A stretch of DNA of 64,000 nucleotides from Eubacteriales bacterium (GTDB taxonomy: Bacteria > Bacillota > Clostridia > Oscillospirales > Butyricicoccaceae). A program made the position numbers and the translations under genes. Where the stretch lies: positions 8,276 to 72,275 of the forward strand of contig JAUNWG010000002.1 of NCBI GenBank assembly GCA_030540435.1, given 5' to 3'. This document shows, piece after piece, positions 8,439-18,017 of the stretch; the stretch's first letter is position 1, and every line of letters starts with the position of its first letter. The notes under the pieces are model-generated. The model saw nothing but the letters and a program-made list of their open reading frames with translations, was not told the DNA's origin and ran no database searches.

Positions 8439-9257
8439 TCACTCCAACAGATAGTCCACGATTGCCTGCTTTACGCCGCAGCTGTCATTATCCGCCACAA
8501 CAGCGTCGCAGACCGCTTTGACTGCCTCCTCTGCATTCCCCACTGCGACTGCCAGCCCAGCCTTGCGCAATATGGTCATATCATTAAACCCATCCCCGAC
8601 AGCGATGGTCTGTGCCAGCGGGATATCCAAATACGCACACAGTATTTCCAGCCCGGCGCCCTTGTCCGCCCCCACCGGGGTAAGCTCCAACGAGGTCTGC
8701 TCGGAAAACGCCGGTGTGACAGGCATGTCCCGTACGAAGGCAAGCGTCTGCTCCCGCGCCTGCTGTGATGGATGATACAGGCAGAGCTTTTCCACCTGCC
8801 AGCCCGCCTGCCGGCAGTAATCGCAGACGTCCTCTACAAATGTGCCGGTCTTCCGGAAGTGGTTTTCATAATGGGACATATAAAAATGCCCCAGTCTTGC
8901 TATATCCGAGGCATTCATGACCGCCTCGCCATGCACCAGCGCCTGCACCATAATATCTTTCTGCCGAACATAGCGGATCACCTGCTCTGTCACAGACGGC
9001 TCCAGCTCCAGCTGCCGTATGACCTTCTGCTCCGCCAGATCGTAAATACACGCGCCGCTTTCCCCCAGCACATAACGCATCCTTGGAAACAGCGGAAAAA
9101 ATTCCTTCAATTCTGCCATACACCGCCCAGTGGACATGACGATATGCTTCCCCATCTCCAGCGCCCGATTGATCGCCTCACGATTTTCCGCAGGGATCTC
9201 CTTTTTCGAATCGAGCAGCGTGCCGTCCATATCCGTCGCCAAAAGCTGATAGCCCAT
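8439..9257 (-). CDS. Cof-type HAD-IIB family hydrolase
   Basis: 272 aa. MGYQLLATDMDGTLLDS (DxDGT motif) and GDGFNDMTIL near the C-terminus. Confidence 0.9.
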   Translation of the reverse strand: MGYQLLATDMDGTLLDSKKEIPAENREAINRALEMGKHIVMSTGRCMAELKEFFPLFPRMRYVLGESGACIYDLAEQKVIRQLELEPSVTEQVIRYVRQKDIMVQALVHGEAVMNASDIARLGHFYMSHYENHFRKTGTFVEDVCDYCRQAGWQVEKLCLYHPSQQAREQTLAFVRDMPVTPAFSEQTSLELTPVGADKGAGLEILCAYLDIPLAQTIAVGDGFNDMTILRKAGLAVAVGNAEEAVKAVCDAVVADNDSCGVKQAIVDYLLE

Positions 9258-9407
9258 GTAATCCTCCTGTTATAATCTGTTTTCCATATTGTACATCATC
9301 CGCGCGCCGGAAACAAGCATATTGACCCATTTGCCATCTTCTTGATCACTTTTTGCTGGCAAACAAGTCTCCCGTGTGTTTACACACAGGCAAAATACTC
9401 ACGTCCC

Positions 9408-9462
9408 ACAAACAAAACCGCACGATCGGAAAGTGGTTTTTTCCAATCGTGCGGTATTTTCT
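9408..9462. terminator. bidirectional hairpin terminator, about 210 nt downstream of ptsH copy 2
   Basis: 13-bp stem ACCGCACGATCGG / CCAATCGTGCGGT (one mismatch) with an A-run on the left and a T-run on the right. Confidence 0.6.
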
Positions 9463-9670
9463 CATTTCAACCGTTTATCCTGCTGTCAGGTGTATGTTGT
9501 TGCGTTGTTCCATTGTTTTTGTTTGTTTTGTTTTTATTTTTTGTTCCAGTAAAAATTATTGTTGACAACCGGACGCACAACTGAAATGTTACGTACTTTT
9601 CCAGTGTGCCCCATAGGGGCACACCAGGAATTGGGAATAAATAAAATAGATAGAGTGGGCTGAATATAAC

Positions 9671-9928
9671 TTACAGATTTTCCTTCAGGAATGCTTCCAG
9701 TGCAGCAGCAGCTTCTGCTTCCTGCTCGCCTTCGCACTCAATGGTGATCTGCTGACCGCCCTTGATGCCAAGACCCATCAGGCCGAACATCTTGCGGGCA
9801 TCTGCACGCTGACCGCCCTTGATAACGTGAATGGTGCACGGGAACTTCTTTGCTTCTTTGACAAACATGCCAGCCGGACGTGCGTGGAAACCTTCCGGAT
9901 CCGTGATAGTGTAGGTAATGGTCTGCAT
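9671..9928 (-). CDS. ptsH: HPr-family phosphocarrier protein (copy 2, last gene of the mannitol operon)
   Basis: MQTITYTITDPEGFHARPAGMFVKEAKK. Very similar to copy 1, with Lys again at position 46. ATG 9928 follows GGAGAG. The tracked start 9934 is TTG. Confidence 0.93.
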   Translation of the reverse strand: MQTITYTITDPEGFHARPAGMFVKEAKKFPCTIHVIKGGQRADARKMFGLMGLGIKGGQQITIECEGEQEAEAAAALEAFLKENL

Positions 9929-9973
9929 AATCAATCTCTCCTTTTGTCTGAATATTGTTGTGGAACAGGCTGC

Positions 9974-11128
9974 TTACAGCTTGGTCACTGCGTCGTATGC
10001 ATTCACAATACGTCCAAGCAGATCGCCATCCGTAATGCCGGTGACTTCCTTGACTGCCTCAAGCAGACCGCGCTCCTGGAGCTTGCTCTGCAGCTGGACA
10101 CTCTGTGCATCGTCCGGATTGTTGTAACGGAGCGCTGCACCCATGCCAAGGATCAGGTGGTCAACCGGCAGACCGTAGCCGTAAGCGGTCATCATCGGTT
10201 TTGTGAGACGGTCTGTTGCGCTCAGCTTGCGCAGCGGTTCACGGCCGACACGGGTAACATCGTCCTTCAGATAGGGGTTCTTGAAGCGTCCGATGATCTT
10301 GTCGATGTAGTGGTAATGCGCCTCTGCATCGAAACCATGTTTGCGGATCAGGCCGTCGCCGCTCTCCGTCATTGCTGCATGAACGATCTCATAGATCTTC
10401 TCGTCAGCGATCGCCTCATCAATGGTGCCGTAGCCCTTGAGGGTGCCCAGATATGCCGTGATCGCATGACCAGTGTTCAGCGTAAACAGCTTGCGTTCGA
10501 TATATGCCATCAGATTGTCTGCCAGATTCATGCCGGTGATCTGCGGGATCTCGCCCTTGAACGAAGCCTTTTCAACGTTCCACTCGTAGTAGTTTTCTAC
10601 CACAACGTCGATAAAGTTTTCGCTCTTGACCGGCGGAACAATGCGGTCGACCGAGCAATCCGGGAAGCCAATATACTGATCGGCATATGCGCAGCCTTCC
10701 TCGCTCAGCGACTTGTAAACAGCCTCCTTCAGCTGGGAGCTTGCGCGGATCGCATTCTCACATGCGATGATATTCAGCGGCTTGTCACAGCCTGCTTCCA
10801 TACGCTTGGTAATGCCCTGTGCGATCGTCGGTGCGATGCGCGGCAGGATGACCAGACCAACTGCCGTGGTGAGAATCTCTGTCTCCTCATTGGCGATCGC
10901 GTCTACGATAGCCGGTGTAGCGGAATTGATCGCGCTGATATTGGTGATCGGGATATCCTGGCATTCCACGTCCATAACATGTACCGTGTAGCAGCCGTCT
11001 GCATTGATCTTGTCAACGACCTTATCTACAACATCGCCATAGATGACGTGATAGCCTGCCTGCGACAGCAGCATACCGATGAAGCCGCGGCCGATATTAC
11101 CAGCACCAAATTGAATCGCTGTTTTCAT
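9974..11128 (-). CDS. mtlD: mannitol-1-phosphate 5-dehydrogenase
   Basis: 384 aa. MKTAIQFGAGNIGRGFIG Rossmann N-terminus typical of MtlD. Confidence 0.95.
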   Translation of the reverse strand: MKTAIQFGAGNIGRGFIGMLLSQAGYHVIYGDVVDKVVDKINADGCYTVHVMDVECQDIPITNISAINSATPAIVDAIANEETEILTTAVGLVILPRIAPTIAQGITKRMEAGCDKPLNIIACENAIRASSQLKEAVYKSLSEEGCAYADQYIGFPDCSVDRIVPPVKSENFIDVVVENYYEWNVEKASFKGEIPQITGMNLADNLMAYIERKLFTLNTGHAITAYLGTLKGYGTIDEAIADEKIYEIVHAAMTESGDGLIRKHGFDAEAHYHYIDKIIGRFKNPYLKDDVTRVGREPLRKLSATDRLTKPMMTAYGYGLPVDHLILGMGAALRYNNPDDAQSVQLQSKLQERGLLEAVKEVTGITDGDLLGRIVNAYDAVTKL

Positions 11129-11152
11129 AATCTATTCGCTCTCCTTTGTATC

Positions 11153-13039
11153 TTAGCTAAACGTCTTGATGATCAGATCAACATCGTTGGTCTTCTTCAG
11201 CTCTTCCAGAAGGTCCTCGTCCTCGAGCGCATTGGAGATGTTTGCCAGCAGGTCGAGATGCTCATCGCCGACACCTGCAATGCCGAATACCAGCTGTGCC
11301 TTTTCGTCGCCGAACGGTACGCCGTCCGGATACTGAAGCATAACGATGCCGGATTTCTTTACTGCGCCCTTTGCCTGTGTGGTGCCATGCGGGATCGCAA
11401 CGCCCAGACCCATATAAGTGGTGACCAGCTTCTCACGCTCAAGCATTGCGTCAATATAGGAATCGTCTACACAGCCGATCTCCTTGAGCAGTGCGCCTGC
11501 TGCACGGATTGCATCTTCCTTGGCTACGGATGCCTGACCCAGCTTGACGCCTTCGCGGAGCATTACGGTCTTGTTGGTCTTCTCTTCTGCCTTTTCTTCC
11601 GCCTTCGGCTCTACGGTAGCAGTAGCTACGCCGCCCTTGCCTGCGCTTGCCAGTGTATTGTACAGGGTATCCAGCTTCGGGTCAGCCAGGAAGTTGCCGA
11701 TGGTTACGAGCTGTGCCTGCGGTGCGCTCTTTGCAGCACGCTCCTGCAGGATGGTCTGGCATACAACGATATCTGCGTCGCCCGGAACATTATCAACAGA
11801 AGTGTTGGTAACAACGATATCCGGACGGTCGCCCTTGATGCGGTTGCGGAACTTGGTTGCGCCCATTGCGGAGGAGCCCATGCCTGCATCACAAGCGAAG
11901 ATAACCTTCTTTACAGCTGCCGGGTCCTTTGCGCCGCCGCCAACAGAAGCTGCTGCTGCCGCGCCAGTGCCCTTTGCCTCTGCCTTCATGGAAGCCATCT
12001 GGCTCTGGGACTCTTCCAGACTCTTGCCACCGGACATCTTGATGATCGGAGCGGAAATCACAAACGATACCGCAGCCGCAATCGCTACGCCGATAATGGA
12101 AATCAGCATCGAATCACGCGGGGTCATCATCAGGAATGCGATGATGGAACCAGGTGCTGCCGGGCCAAGCAGGCCAGCATTGGTGATGGAGAAGAACAGG
12201 ATTGCGCAGAAGTTACCGACGATCGGGCCAACGATAACCAGCGGGTTCATCAGGATGTACGGGAAGTAAATTTCGTGGATACCGCCAAACAGGTGGATAA
12301 TGATCGCGCCGGGAGCGGAGTCCTTTGTCATCTTATCCTTGCAGAACATCCAGTAAGCCAGCAGGACGCCGAGGCCAGGACCAGGGTTGGTCTCCAGCAT
12401 ATACATGATGGACTTGCCAGCTGCCTCAACCTGCTCTGCACCCAACGGGGTAAATACGCCGTGGTTGATCGCATTGTTCAAGAACAGTACCTTTGCCGGC
12501 TCCAGGAAGATCGATACCAGCGGCAGCAGGCCGTGGTTAATCAGGATGTTGACGCCAGCGGACAGGATCGCCAGAAGTGCTGCCATGATCGGGCCAATGG
12601 CATAGAAGCCAATGATCGCCATGATCATGCCGAGGATACCAACTGAGAAGTTGTTGATCAGCATCTCGAAGCCTGCCGGCATATGTCCGTCCATTGCCTG
12701 GTCGAACTTCTTGATGACCCAGCCAGCCAGCGGGCCCATAATCATAGCGCCCATCAGCATGGTCGTGTCAGGCTTACCAGCAATACAGCCCATGACTGCA
12801 ATTGCACCCATAACGCGTCCGCGGTCGCCGCCAATCATCTTGCCGCCCTGTGCCGCGATCAGGATCGGCAGCAGATAGCTCAATATATACGGCTGAATCG
12901 AAACCAGCTGTTCGTTCGGGAACCATCCGCCCGGACTCAGGAACAGGGCTGTAATAAAGCCCCAGGCAATAAATGCGCCAATATTCGGCATGACCATGCC
13001 GGACAAGGCTTTGCCCATTGCTTGCACTTTTTGTTTCAT
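11153..13039 (-). CDS. mtlA: PTS mannitol transporter, fused EIICBA
   Basis: Membrane IIC domain (MPNIGAFIAWGFITALF), a IIB Cys region (IFACDAGMGSSAMGA) and a C-terminal IIA domain (GLGVAIPHGT). ATG 13039 lies 9 nt after GGAG. The tracked TTG start is at 13048. Confidence 0.95.
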   Translation of the reverse strand: MKQKVQAMGKALSGMVMPNIGAFIAWGFITALFLSPGGWFPNEQLVSIQPYILSYLLPILIAAQGGKMIGGDRGRVMGAIAVMGCIAGKPDTTMLMGAMIMGPLAGWVIKKFDQAMDGHMPAGFEMLINNFSVGILGMIMAIIGFYAIGPIMAALLAILSAGVNILINHGLLPLVSIFLEPAKVLFLNNAINHGVFTPLGAEQVEAAGKSIMYMLETNPGPGLGVLLAYWMFCKDKMTKDSAPGAIIIHLFGGIHEIYFPYILMNPLVIVGPIVGNFCAILFFSITNAGLLGPAAPGSIIAFLMMTPRDSMLISIIGVAIAAAVSFVISAPIIKMSGGKSLEESQSQMASMKAEAKGTGAAAAASVGGGAKDPAAVKKVIFACDAGMGSSAMGATKFRNRIKGDRPDIVVTNTSVDNVPGDADIVVCQTILQERAAKSAPQAQLVTIGNFLADPKLDTLYNTLASAGKGGVATATVEPKAEEKAEEKTNKTVMLREGVKLGQASVAKEDAIRAAGALLKEIGCVDDSYIDAMLEREKLVTTYMGLGVAIPHGTTQAKGAVKKSGIVMLQYPDGVPFGDEKAQLVFGIAGVGDEHLDLLANISNALEDEDLLEELKKTNDVDLIIKTFS

Positions 13040-13040
13040 T

Positions 13041-15179
13041 TCATCCAACTCCTATCTTTTTCTCTATGATTTGTTTATAATACGCTCCCAGACCGTTCTC
13101 GATGGAAACACGGCTCCCGTTCCAGTTTCCAGCGTGAAGTTGATCCAGAAGAGTCTTATCCTCTACCAAGAGCGCGCTGATCGCCCCGACCAGATGGTGC
13201 GGGATGGAATCCTCTTGATCCTCCGGCGCCAGCATAACCAGTGCACCGAAGATCACACGCGCTTTTTCATAAATCGGCGGGTCCAGCTTGATGTAACCGA
13301 ACCGCGCATGGCTGACCATGTTCGTACGACAGTGCAGCATCAGCGCATGGAACTGCCGGATATACGTATCTGCAAGCTGGTCGCGCTCATATAGTCCCGT
13401 TTCGATGTCCGCCGCCATGCGGTCATCCGTTGCAAACAGGGCGCCTGCCCGCGCGATCACCTCGCTGCGGGTGCGTGCTGCCCGAAAGCAGTCGAATTTG
13501 ATATGCTCTACCAGGTCGAGCAGCTCCGTGCCGTAGCGTGTGAGCTGCCGCACTTCATCAAGCTGCAGCGGCTGCCTGCTCCGCGGTTCGGGGTTCTCCC
13601 GCCGCTTATCCTGCATTGGGATCAGTATACTCTCGATCTGCCGCCTGTCCTGCGCCTGCAAAATGGGGCTGACACAGATCCACGGAAAATCCGTCGTCAG
13701 GCTGACAGTGGAAATAATCAGGTCGATGCCCTGCTTTTTCAGCTGCTCCGTATCAATGTGGAAGGCTGATATCGTGCCATGCACGTGAATGCAGGAAAAA
13801 TTCTTTTTCAAGCTCGCTTCTAAAATGCGCGAGGTGCCGATGCCGGTCGGACACACGACCACGACTGAAATCGTCTTCATCTGTTGGAGTTTTTTCTCCA
13901 TTGCCGCACCAAAGTGCATCGCAAAGAAGGAAATCTCCGCATCCGGAATTTCTTCCAGACCGGTCGCCTGACACAGTATCTCGGAGGCGTCCTTTGCCGC
14001 CTGCATGATTTCGGGATATTCCTCCCGGATGCTCTCCAGCTGGGAGTTCTCAATACGCACACCCATGGACAGACGGCTGATCGCCGGCGCCATATGGTTG
14101 CATAAATCTTCCATCAGCTGCTCATCATCATGCAGGGTGAAGCCGATGCTCTCCTCCACCTGCGTGATCATCTCTGTGATAAGCTGGCGCAGGTTGATGC
14201 TCTCAATATTCTGGTTGATACGTTCTCCGTCCGACCAAATGCGCGCCGAAGACAAATGTACCGTAATATAACCAATTTCACCGCGCGGAATACGGATGTG
14301 AAAGGCTTCCTTGAGCTGGTCGCATATTTCCTCCGCGACAGAAAACTCCGGCAGCATCATCAGCTTTTGCAGCCGTTCTGCCTCCATCTCAATGCGCTCA
14401 TTGTTGCGGATGCGCTTGATGGCAAGCCCGATATGGATAATCAAACCGACAAACGCGCTGTCCGTATAATGGATATGCAGACGCTTTGCGGCGTCCAGCA
14501 GGATTTTTTCGATCTGTGCGGTCATGTCTGCATCCAGCAGGCTGAACACCTGGCTATGCACTTTGGCAGACATCTCCTCCTGCTGCGGCCTGCCGTGCAG
14601 CAGCTGCATGATCTGGTTTTCATCCATGCTTTCGTAGACGATATTGGCGATCGCCTGTCTGCGGCGTCCCTCATCGCCTTCAATCAGGATACCCAGCCCG
14701 GGGCGGCGGATAAGCTGAATGTCATAATTATGCAGCCACTCTGCCGCCTCATCGAGGTCCTTCGTCAGCGTCCCTTCGGAAATGCGAAACTTGGACGTGA
14801 AATAATAGGATTTCAGCGGCCCCTCTGCATACAGCAGATCGCCGAGGATGCATCTACGGCGTTCCTCCTTGGAGTATTCCTTCTGGATATTCTCCACTTC
14901 CAGCAGCTCCAAAATGAGCTTCTGGTTTTCCACACTCTCATCCAGAATCAGGCCGACACCCGGCTTGCGCACAAAATGAAAATCATTCTGTGACATCCAT
15001 TCCTTGATGTGCGGGATCTCACGCAGGATCGTCCGTGAGCTGAGACCCATCATTTCAGAGATCATGGAAACAGTTACCGGATGGGAAGCAGTGGATTTTG
15101 TCAGTATTTGAATGATCTCTTTCTGTCTGGACGTCAGCTGCTTTTTTTGGCTTGCACCTTGCTGCTGCATTGGTGACAT
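13041..15179 (-). CDS. mtlR: PRD-domain transcriptional regulator, MtlR/BglG family (HTH + 2 PRD + EIIB-like + EIIA-like)
   Basis: 712 aa from ATG 15179, preceded by GGAGGG. The stop TGA lies 1 nt before the mtlA ATG, so the operon order is mtlR-mtlA-mtlD-ptsH. Confidence 0.88.
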   Translation of the reverse strand: MSPMQQQGASQKKQLTSRQKEIIQILTKSTASHPVTVSMISEMMGLSSRTILREIPHIKEWMSQNDFHFVRKPGVGLILDESVENQKLILELLEVENIQKEYSKEERRRCILGDLLYAEGPLKSYYFTSKFRISEGTLTKDLDEAAEWLHNYDIQLIRRPGLGILIEGDEGRRRQAIANIVYESMDENQIMQLLHGRPQQEEMSAKVHSQVFSLLDADMTAQIEKILLDAAKRLHIHYTDSAFVGLIIHIGLAIKRIRNNERIEMEAERLQKLMMLPEFSVAEEICDQLKEAFHIRIPRGEIGYITVHLSSARIWSDGERINQNIESINLRQLITEMITQVEESIGFTLHDDEQLMEDLCNHMAPAISRLSMGVRIENSQLESIREEYPEIMQAAKDASEILCQATGLEEIPDAEISFFAMHFGAAMEKKLQQMKTISVVVVCPTGIGTSRILEASLKKNFSCIHVHGTISAFHIDTEQLKKQGIDLIISTVSLTTDFPWICVSPILQAQDRRQIESILIPMQDKRRENPEPRSRQPLQLDEVRQLTRYGTELLDLVEHIKFDCFRAARTRSEVIARAGALFATDDRMAADIETGLYERDQLADTYIRQFHALMLHCRTNMVSHARFGYIKLDPPIYEKARVIFGALVMLAPEDQEDSIPHHLVGAISALLVEDKTLLDQLHAGNWNGSRVSIENGLGAYYKQIIEKKIGVG

Positions 15180-15211
15180 TTTTGCTTCCCTCCTTTTCTT
15201 TCCCAATTCAA

Positions 15212-15240
15212 ATTATGATGTCAGAAATGTGTCAGCTCAA
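15212..15240 (-). promoter_or_regulatory. putative promoter of the mtl operon
   Basis: On the minus strand, TTGAGC (15240-35), 17 nt, CATAAT (15217-12). The spacer contains two TGACA repeats spaced 11 bp apart. Confidence 0.4.
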
Positions 15241-15471
15241 CGGAGAACTGCGTCATTTTTGTCCACAACCATTGCTGACACCCTTGTCACCTTGTATAAT
15301 ATTGCCGAAATCCCTCTCGCAGTTTTAGACAAGATGCGCAAATATTTTTTAAAATAAACGTATTTTCTTCGAATTGCTGACAGTTTTATTTTATTTTTGT
15401 CCGTATTTCTTCGGTGCTTTGTATTGCTTTCTATCATACCATATTCTTTCTCAAAATGCTAGTGACAAAAC

Positions 15472-15517
15472 CAAAGAAATGAAAATAGCCGCACCGCTGA
15501 CAAAGCAGCGGTGCGGC
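15472..15517 (-). terminator. strong hairpin terminator downstream of ansA
   Basis: Perfect 12-bp stem GCCGCACCGCTG / CAGCGGTGCGGC, followed on the minus strand by TATTTTCATTTCTTT. Confidence 0.6.
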
Positions 15518-15697
15518 CGGTGTATAAAAGGAGAATCTATAACTTGTCCACCTTTAGTATAGCATGTCCGGGTGACAATGTGAGACTTTTTTTCCACATT
15601 TCTGTCACCAGCGTCTGCTGACAGCCAAAACAAATACACATACGATATATAGCACAAGCCTGCCCGGCAGTGCCGGACAGGCTTATTACCATACAAA

Positions 15698-16690
15698 TTA
15701 TTTCTTTTCAAACTCGCCGACGTAGCAGGTTTCCATCATGCGGCGTACTTCATCCAAATCGCTGGTGTGCCCAAGAACCCACATCAACTTGACCGCTGCT
15801 GCTTCCGTCGACATATCGTATGCCGACATCGCGCCCAGCCGCGCCGCCTGCACGTTGACATCGTAGACGCTCAGGTCAACAAAACCGTACTTGCACTGGG
15901 TCGCAATAAGCACGGCAACGCCGAACTGCTGTGCACGCTTCAGGCACGGCAGCAAATCTCTGCCCTGATTCGGGATACCACCGCAGCCGAATGCCTCCAG
16001 AATAATGCCGTGATAGCCCATGCCGATCATGGACTCCAGCTGCTTCGGCTCGATGCCCGGCAGCAGCTTGATCTGCACAACCCGCCGCTCCAGTCTGGTA
16101 TCCAGCACCAGCTCGCCTTCCGGCATCGGCGACATGTGATTGATCACGACCTCGCCGTTTACGACTGCGCCGGTGTCCTCCGCATTGATGCTGTGAAACG
16201 CATCCAGACCACGGGTGTTGGTCTTCTGGGAGCGCACGCCTTGAATGATCCTGCCGTGGAATACGATATAGACGCCCGGAATGCCGGAGCAGGCCGCACG
16301 GAACGCATCCATCAGGTTCTGCTTGCCATCTGTGTCCGGGTCGATCATGGCGATCTGCGAGCCGGTCAGGATTACCGGCTTTTTCAGGTTTTGTACCATG
16401 TAGCTGAGTGCACATGCCGTATATGCCATCGTGTCGGTACCATGTGTAATGACAATGCCGTCATATTCCTGCTGTGCATCATATACCGCCTCTGCCAGGA
16501 TCGTCCAATCCTCCGGCTGGATATTGGTTCCATCCAGCTGCAGCACATCCTTGCATTCTACCTCGCACAGCTCCCTGACCTCCGGGATTTTTGATACCAG
16601 AAAATCGCCCGAATATACTGGCACCAGTCCAGTCTCTGTATGTTCTCCGGCAATTGTGCCGCCTGTGGACAGCATCAGAATCTTTTTCAT
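15698..16690 (-). CDS. ansA: type I L-asparaginase
   Basis: 330 aa. MKKILMLSTGGTIAG catalytic motif and HGTDTM motif. Confidence 0.93.
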   Translation of the reverse strand: MKKILMLSTGGTIAGEHTETGLVPVYSGDFLVSKIPEVRELCEVECKDVLQLDGTNIQPEDWTILAEAVYDAQQEYDGIVITHGTDTMAYTACALSYMVQNLKKPVILTGSQIAMIDPDTDGKQNLMDAFRAACSGIPGVYIVFHGRIIQGVRSQKTNTRGLDAFHSINAEDTGAVVNGEVVINHMSPMPEGELVLDTRLERRVVQIKLLPGIEPKQLESMIGMGYHGIILEAFGCGGIPNQGRDLLPCLKRAQQFGVAVLIATQCKYGFVDLSVYDVNVQAARLGAMSAYDMSTEAAAVKLMWVLGHTSDLDEVRRMMETCYVGEFEKK

Positions 16691-17062
16691 TGATCGCGCT
16701 CCTTTTTTCCATTGAAACCCAATTCAAGCAGGAAAAGTCCTGCCCCCCAGCCGCATTTCCGAAGGGAGATAAGAAATACGGGCCTGCCGGGCAGAACGAT
16801 CACCTGCATGATACCTCATTTTAACCGACGTTTGAACGATGCTTTCCGGAGCACACGTCAGCGGCAGCTCCCTGCCCGCCGGTATTTACAGCAATAGAAA
16901 TGGTAGTTCGTATCACTGATTCTATTATACGTATCCTGCTTCCATATATCAAATATATATTAGTTATAGTAGATATAACGAAAAAGTTATAATATATCTT
17001 GCATTCCGGTCATAGGGCTGATAAACTGATACTATCCACCCCATATATGGAGGTTTACCGTT

Positions 17063-18007
17063 ATGTTCCGCAATATGGAATATGTTTATGCAGTTTATCA
17101 GGAGATGAGCTTTTCCCGCGCCGCAGAACGGCTGTTCATCTCCCAGCCCGCCCTGAGTACAATGATAAAAAAGATCGAAGCGCGGGTCGGCAGCCCGATC
17201 TTTGACCGTTCCTGTTCCCCTATCCGCCTGACAGCGTGCGGCAGGGAATATATCAGCTGTGTGGAGCAGATCATGGACATCGAAACACAGTTCCGGCAGT
17301 ATCTCAACCAGACGGAAAGCCTTGCTGTCGGCTCGCTCTCCATCGGTGCAAACAGCGTGTTTGCCTCCTATCTGCTGCCCGGTTATATCTTCGCCTTTTC
17401 CCGGCGGCATCCCGGCGTGCAGGTATCCATGACCGAGGGCAACACCGACGACCTGCTGACGTCGCTGAACACCGGCGACATCGATATCGTACTGGAAAAT
17501 TACGAGCTGCCGGACGATCTGTACGAAAAACACTATCTTTTCACCGAGCATCTTATTATCGCCGCGCCCAAAGCGCTGGTACAGGACAATCTGCCGCAGC
17601 AGTACCGGCTGGATATGCAGCAACCCGGCATCGCAGCAAACTGGGACAGCACGCCGTGCATGCCGTTCTCCATGCTGGCGGATATCCCGTTCCTCACGCT
17701 GCGCACAGGCAATGATACGCGCCAGCGCTTCAACCGGCTGTGTACGCGCTACGCCGTCCATCCGAAAATACGGCTGGAGCTGGATCAGCTGACCACCGCC
17801 TACCAGATTGCCCGCAGCGGCATGGGCGCCACCGTTGTCAGTGACACGATCCTCCAACATGCGCCCGCCTGTGATTCCCTGTACTATTTCCGGGTGGACG
17901 AGGACATCTCGCACCGCCCGGTATATTTCTATTACCGTCGGAAAAAGCATATTACCCGCGCAATGGAGGAATTTTTCCGCATCTGCGCAGAAGAAGCTGC
18001 AAAATAA
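17063..18007 (+). CDS. LysR-family transcriptional regulator
   Basis: 314 aa. N-terminal HTH: MEYVYAVYQEMSFSRAAERLFISQPALSTMIKKIE. GGAGG RBS. Confidence 0.92.
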   Translation: MFRNMEYVYAVYQEMSFSRAAERLFISQPALSTMIKKIEARVGSPIFDRSCSPIRLTACGREYISCVEQIMDIETQFRQYLNQTESLAVGSLSIGANSVFASYLLPGYIFAFSRRHPGVQVSMTEGNTDDLLTSLNTGDIDIVLENYELPDDLYEKHYLFTEHLIIAAPKALVQDNLPQQYRLDMQQPGIAANWDSTPCMPFSMLADIPFLTLRTGNDTRQRFNRLCTRYAVHPKIRLELDQLTTAYQIARSGMGATVVSDTILQHAPACDSLYYFRVDEDISHRPVYFYYRRKKHITRAMEEFFRICAEEAAK

Positions 18008-18017
18008 ACGATACCAT

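Noticed and set aside
9827-12646. Very long ORFs on the strand opposite to recognised genes. Examples: 939 aa at 9827-12646 (+), 556 aa at 2930-4600 (-), 655 aa at 18935-20902 (+), 538 aa at 36973-38589 (+), 448 aa at 55343-56689 (-) and 370 aa at 52772-53884 (-).
   Set aside because: Each lies antisense to, or out of frame with, a gene that has clear family motifs. Their translations are low-complexity (R/A/L/Q/H-rich) with no RBS. This is typical of stop-codon-poor shadow frames in GC-rich DNA.
15472-15564. Possible independent minus-strand sRNA: TGcTATACT extended -10 at 15564-15556, then about 75 nt to the 15488-15517 terminator.
   Set aside because: There is no -35 element. The same terminator is the most plausible true 3' end of the ansA mRNA, because the hairpin nearer the ansA stop lacks a U-tract. 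This is more likely 3' UTR than a separate gene.
16691-16960. Long GC-rich, hairpin-containing leader upstream of ansA, considered as a possible riboswitch, T-box or attenuator.
   Set aside because: Several stems are visible, for example GCAGGA-CTTT-TCCTGC near 16730-16745. I could not match them to any riboswitch or T-box consensus, and there is no clear terminator/antiterminator pair. It remains unclassified.
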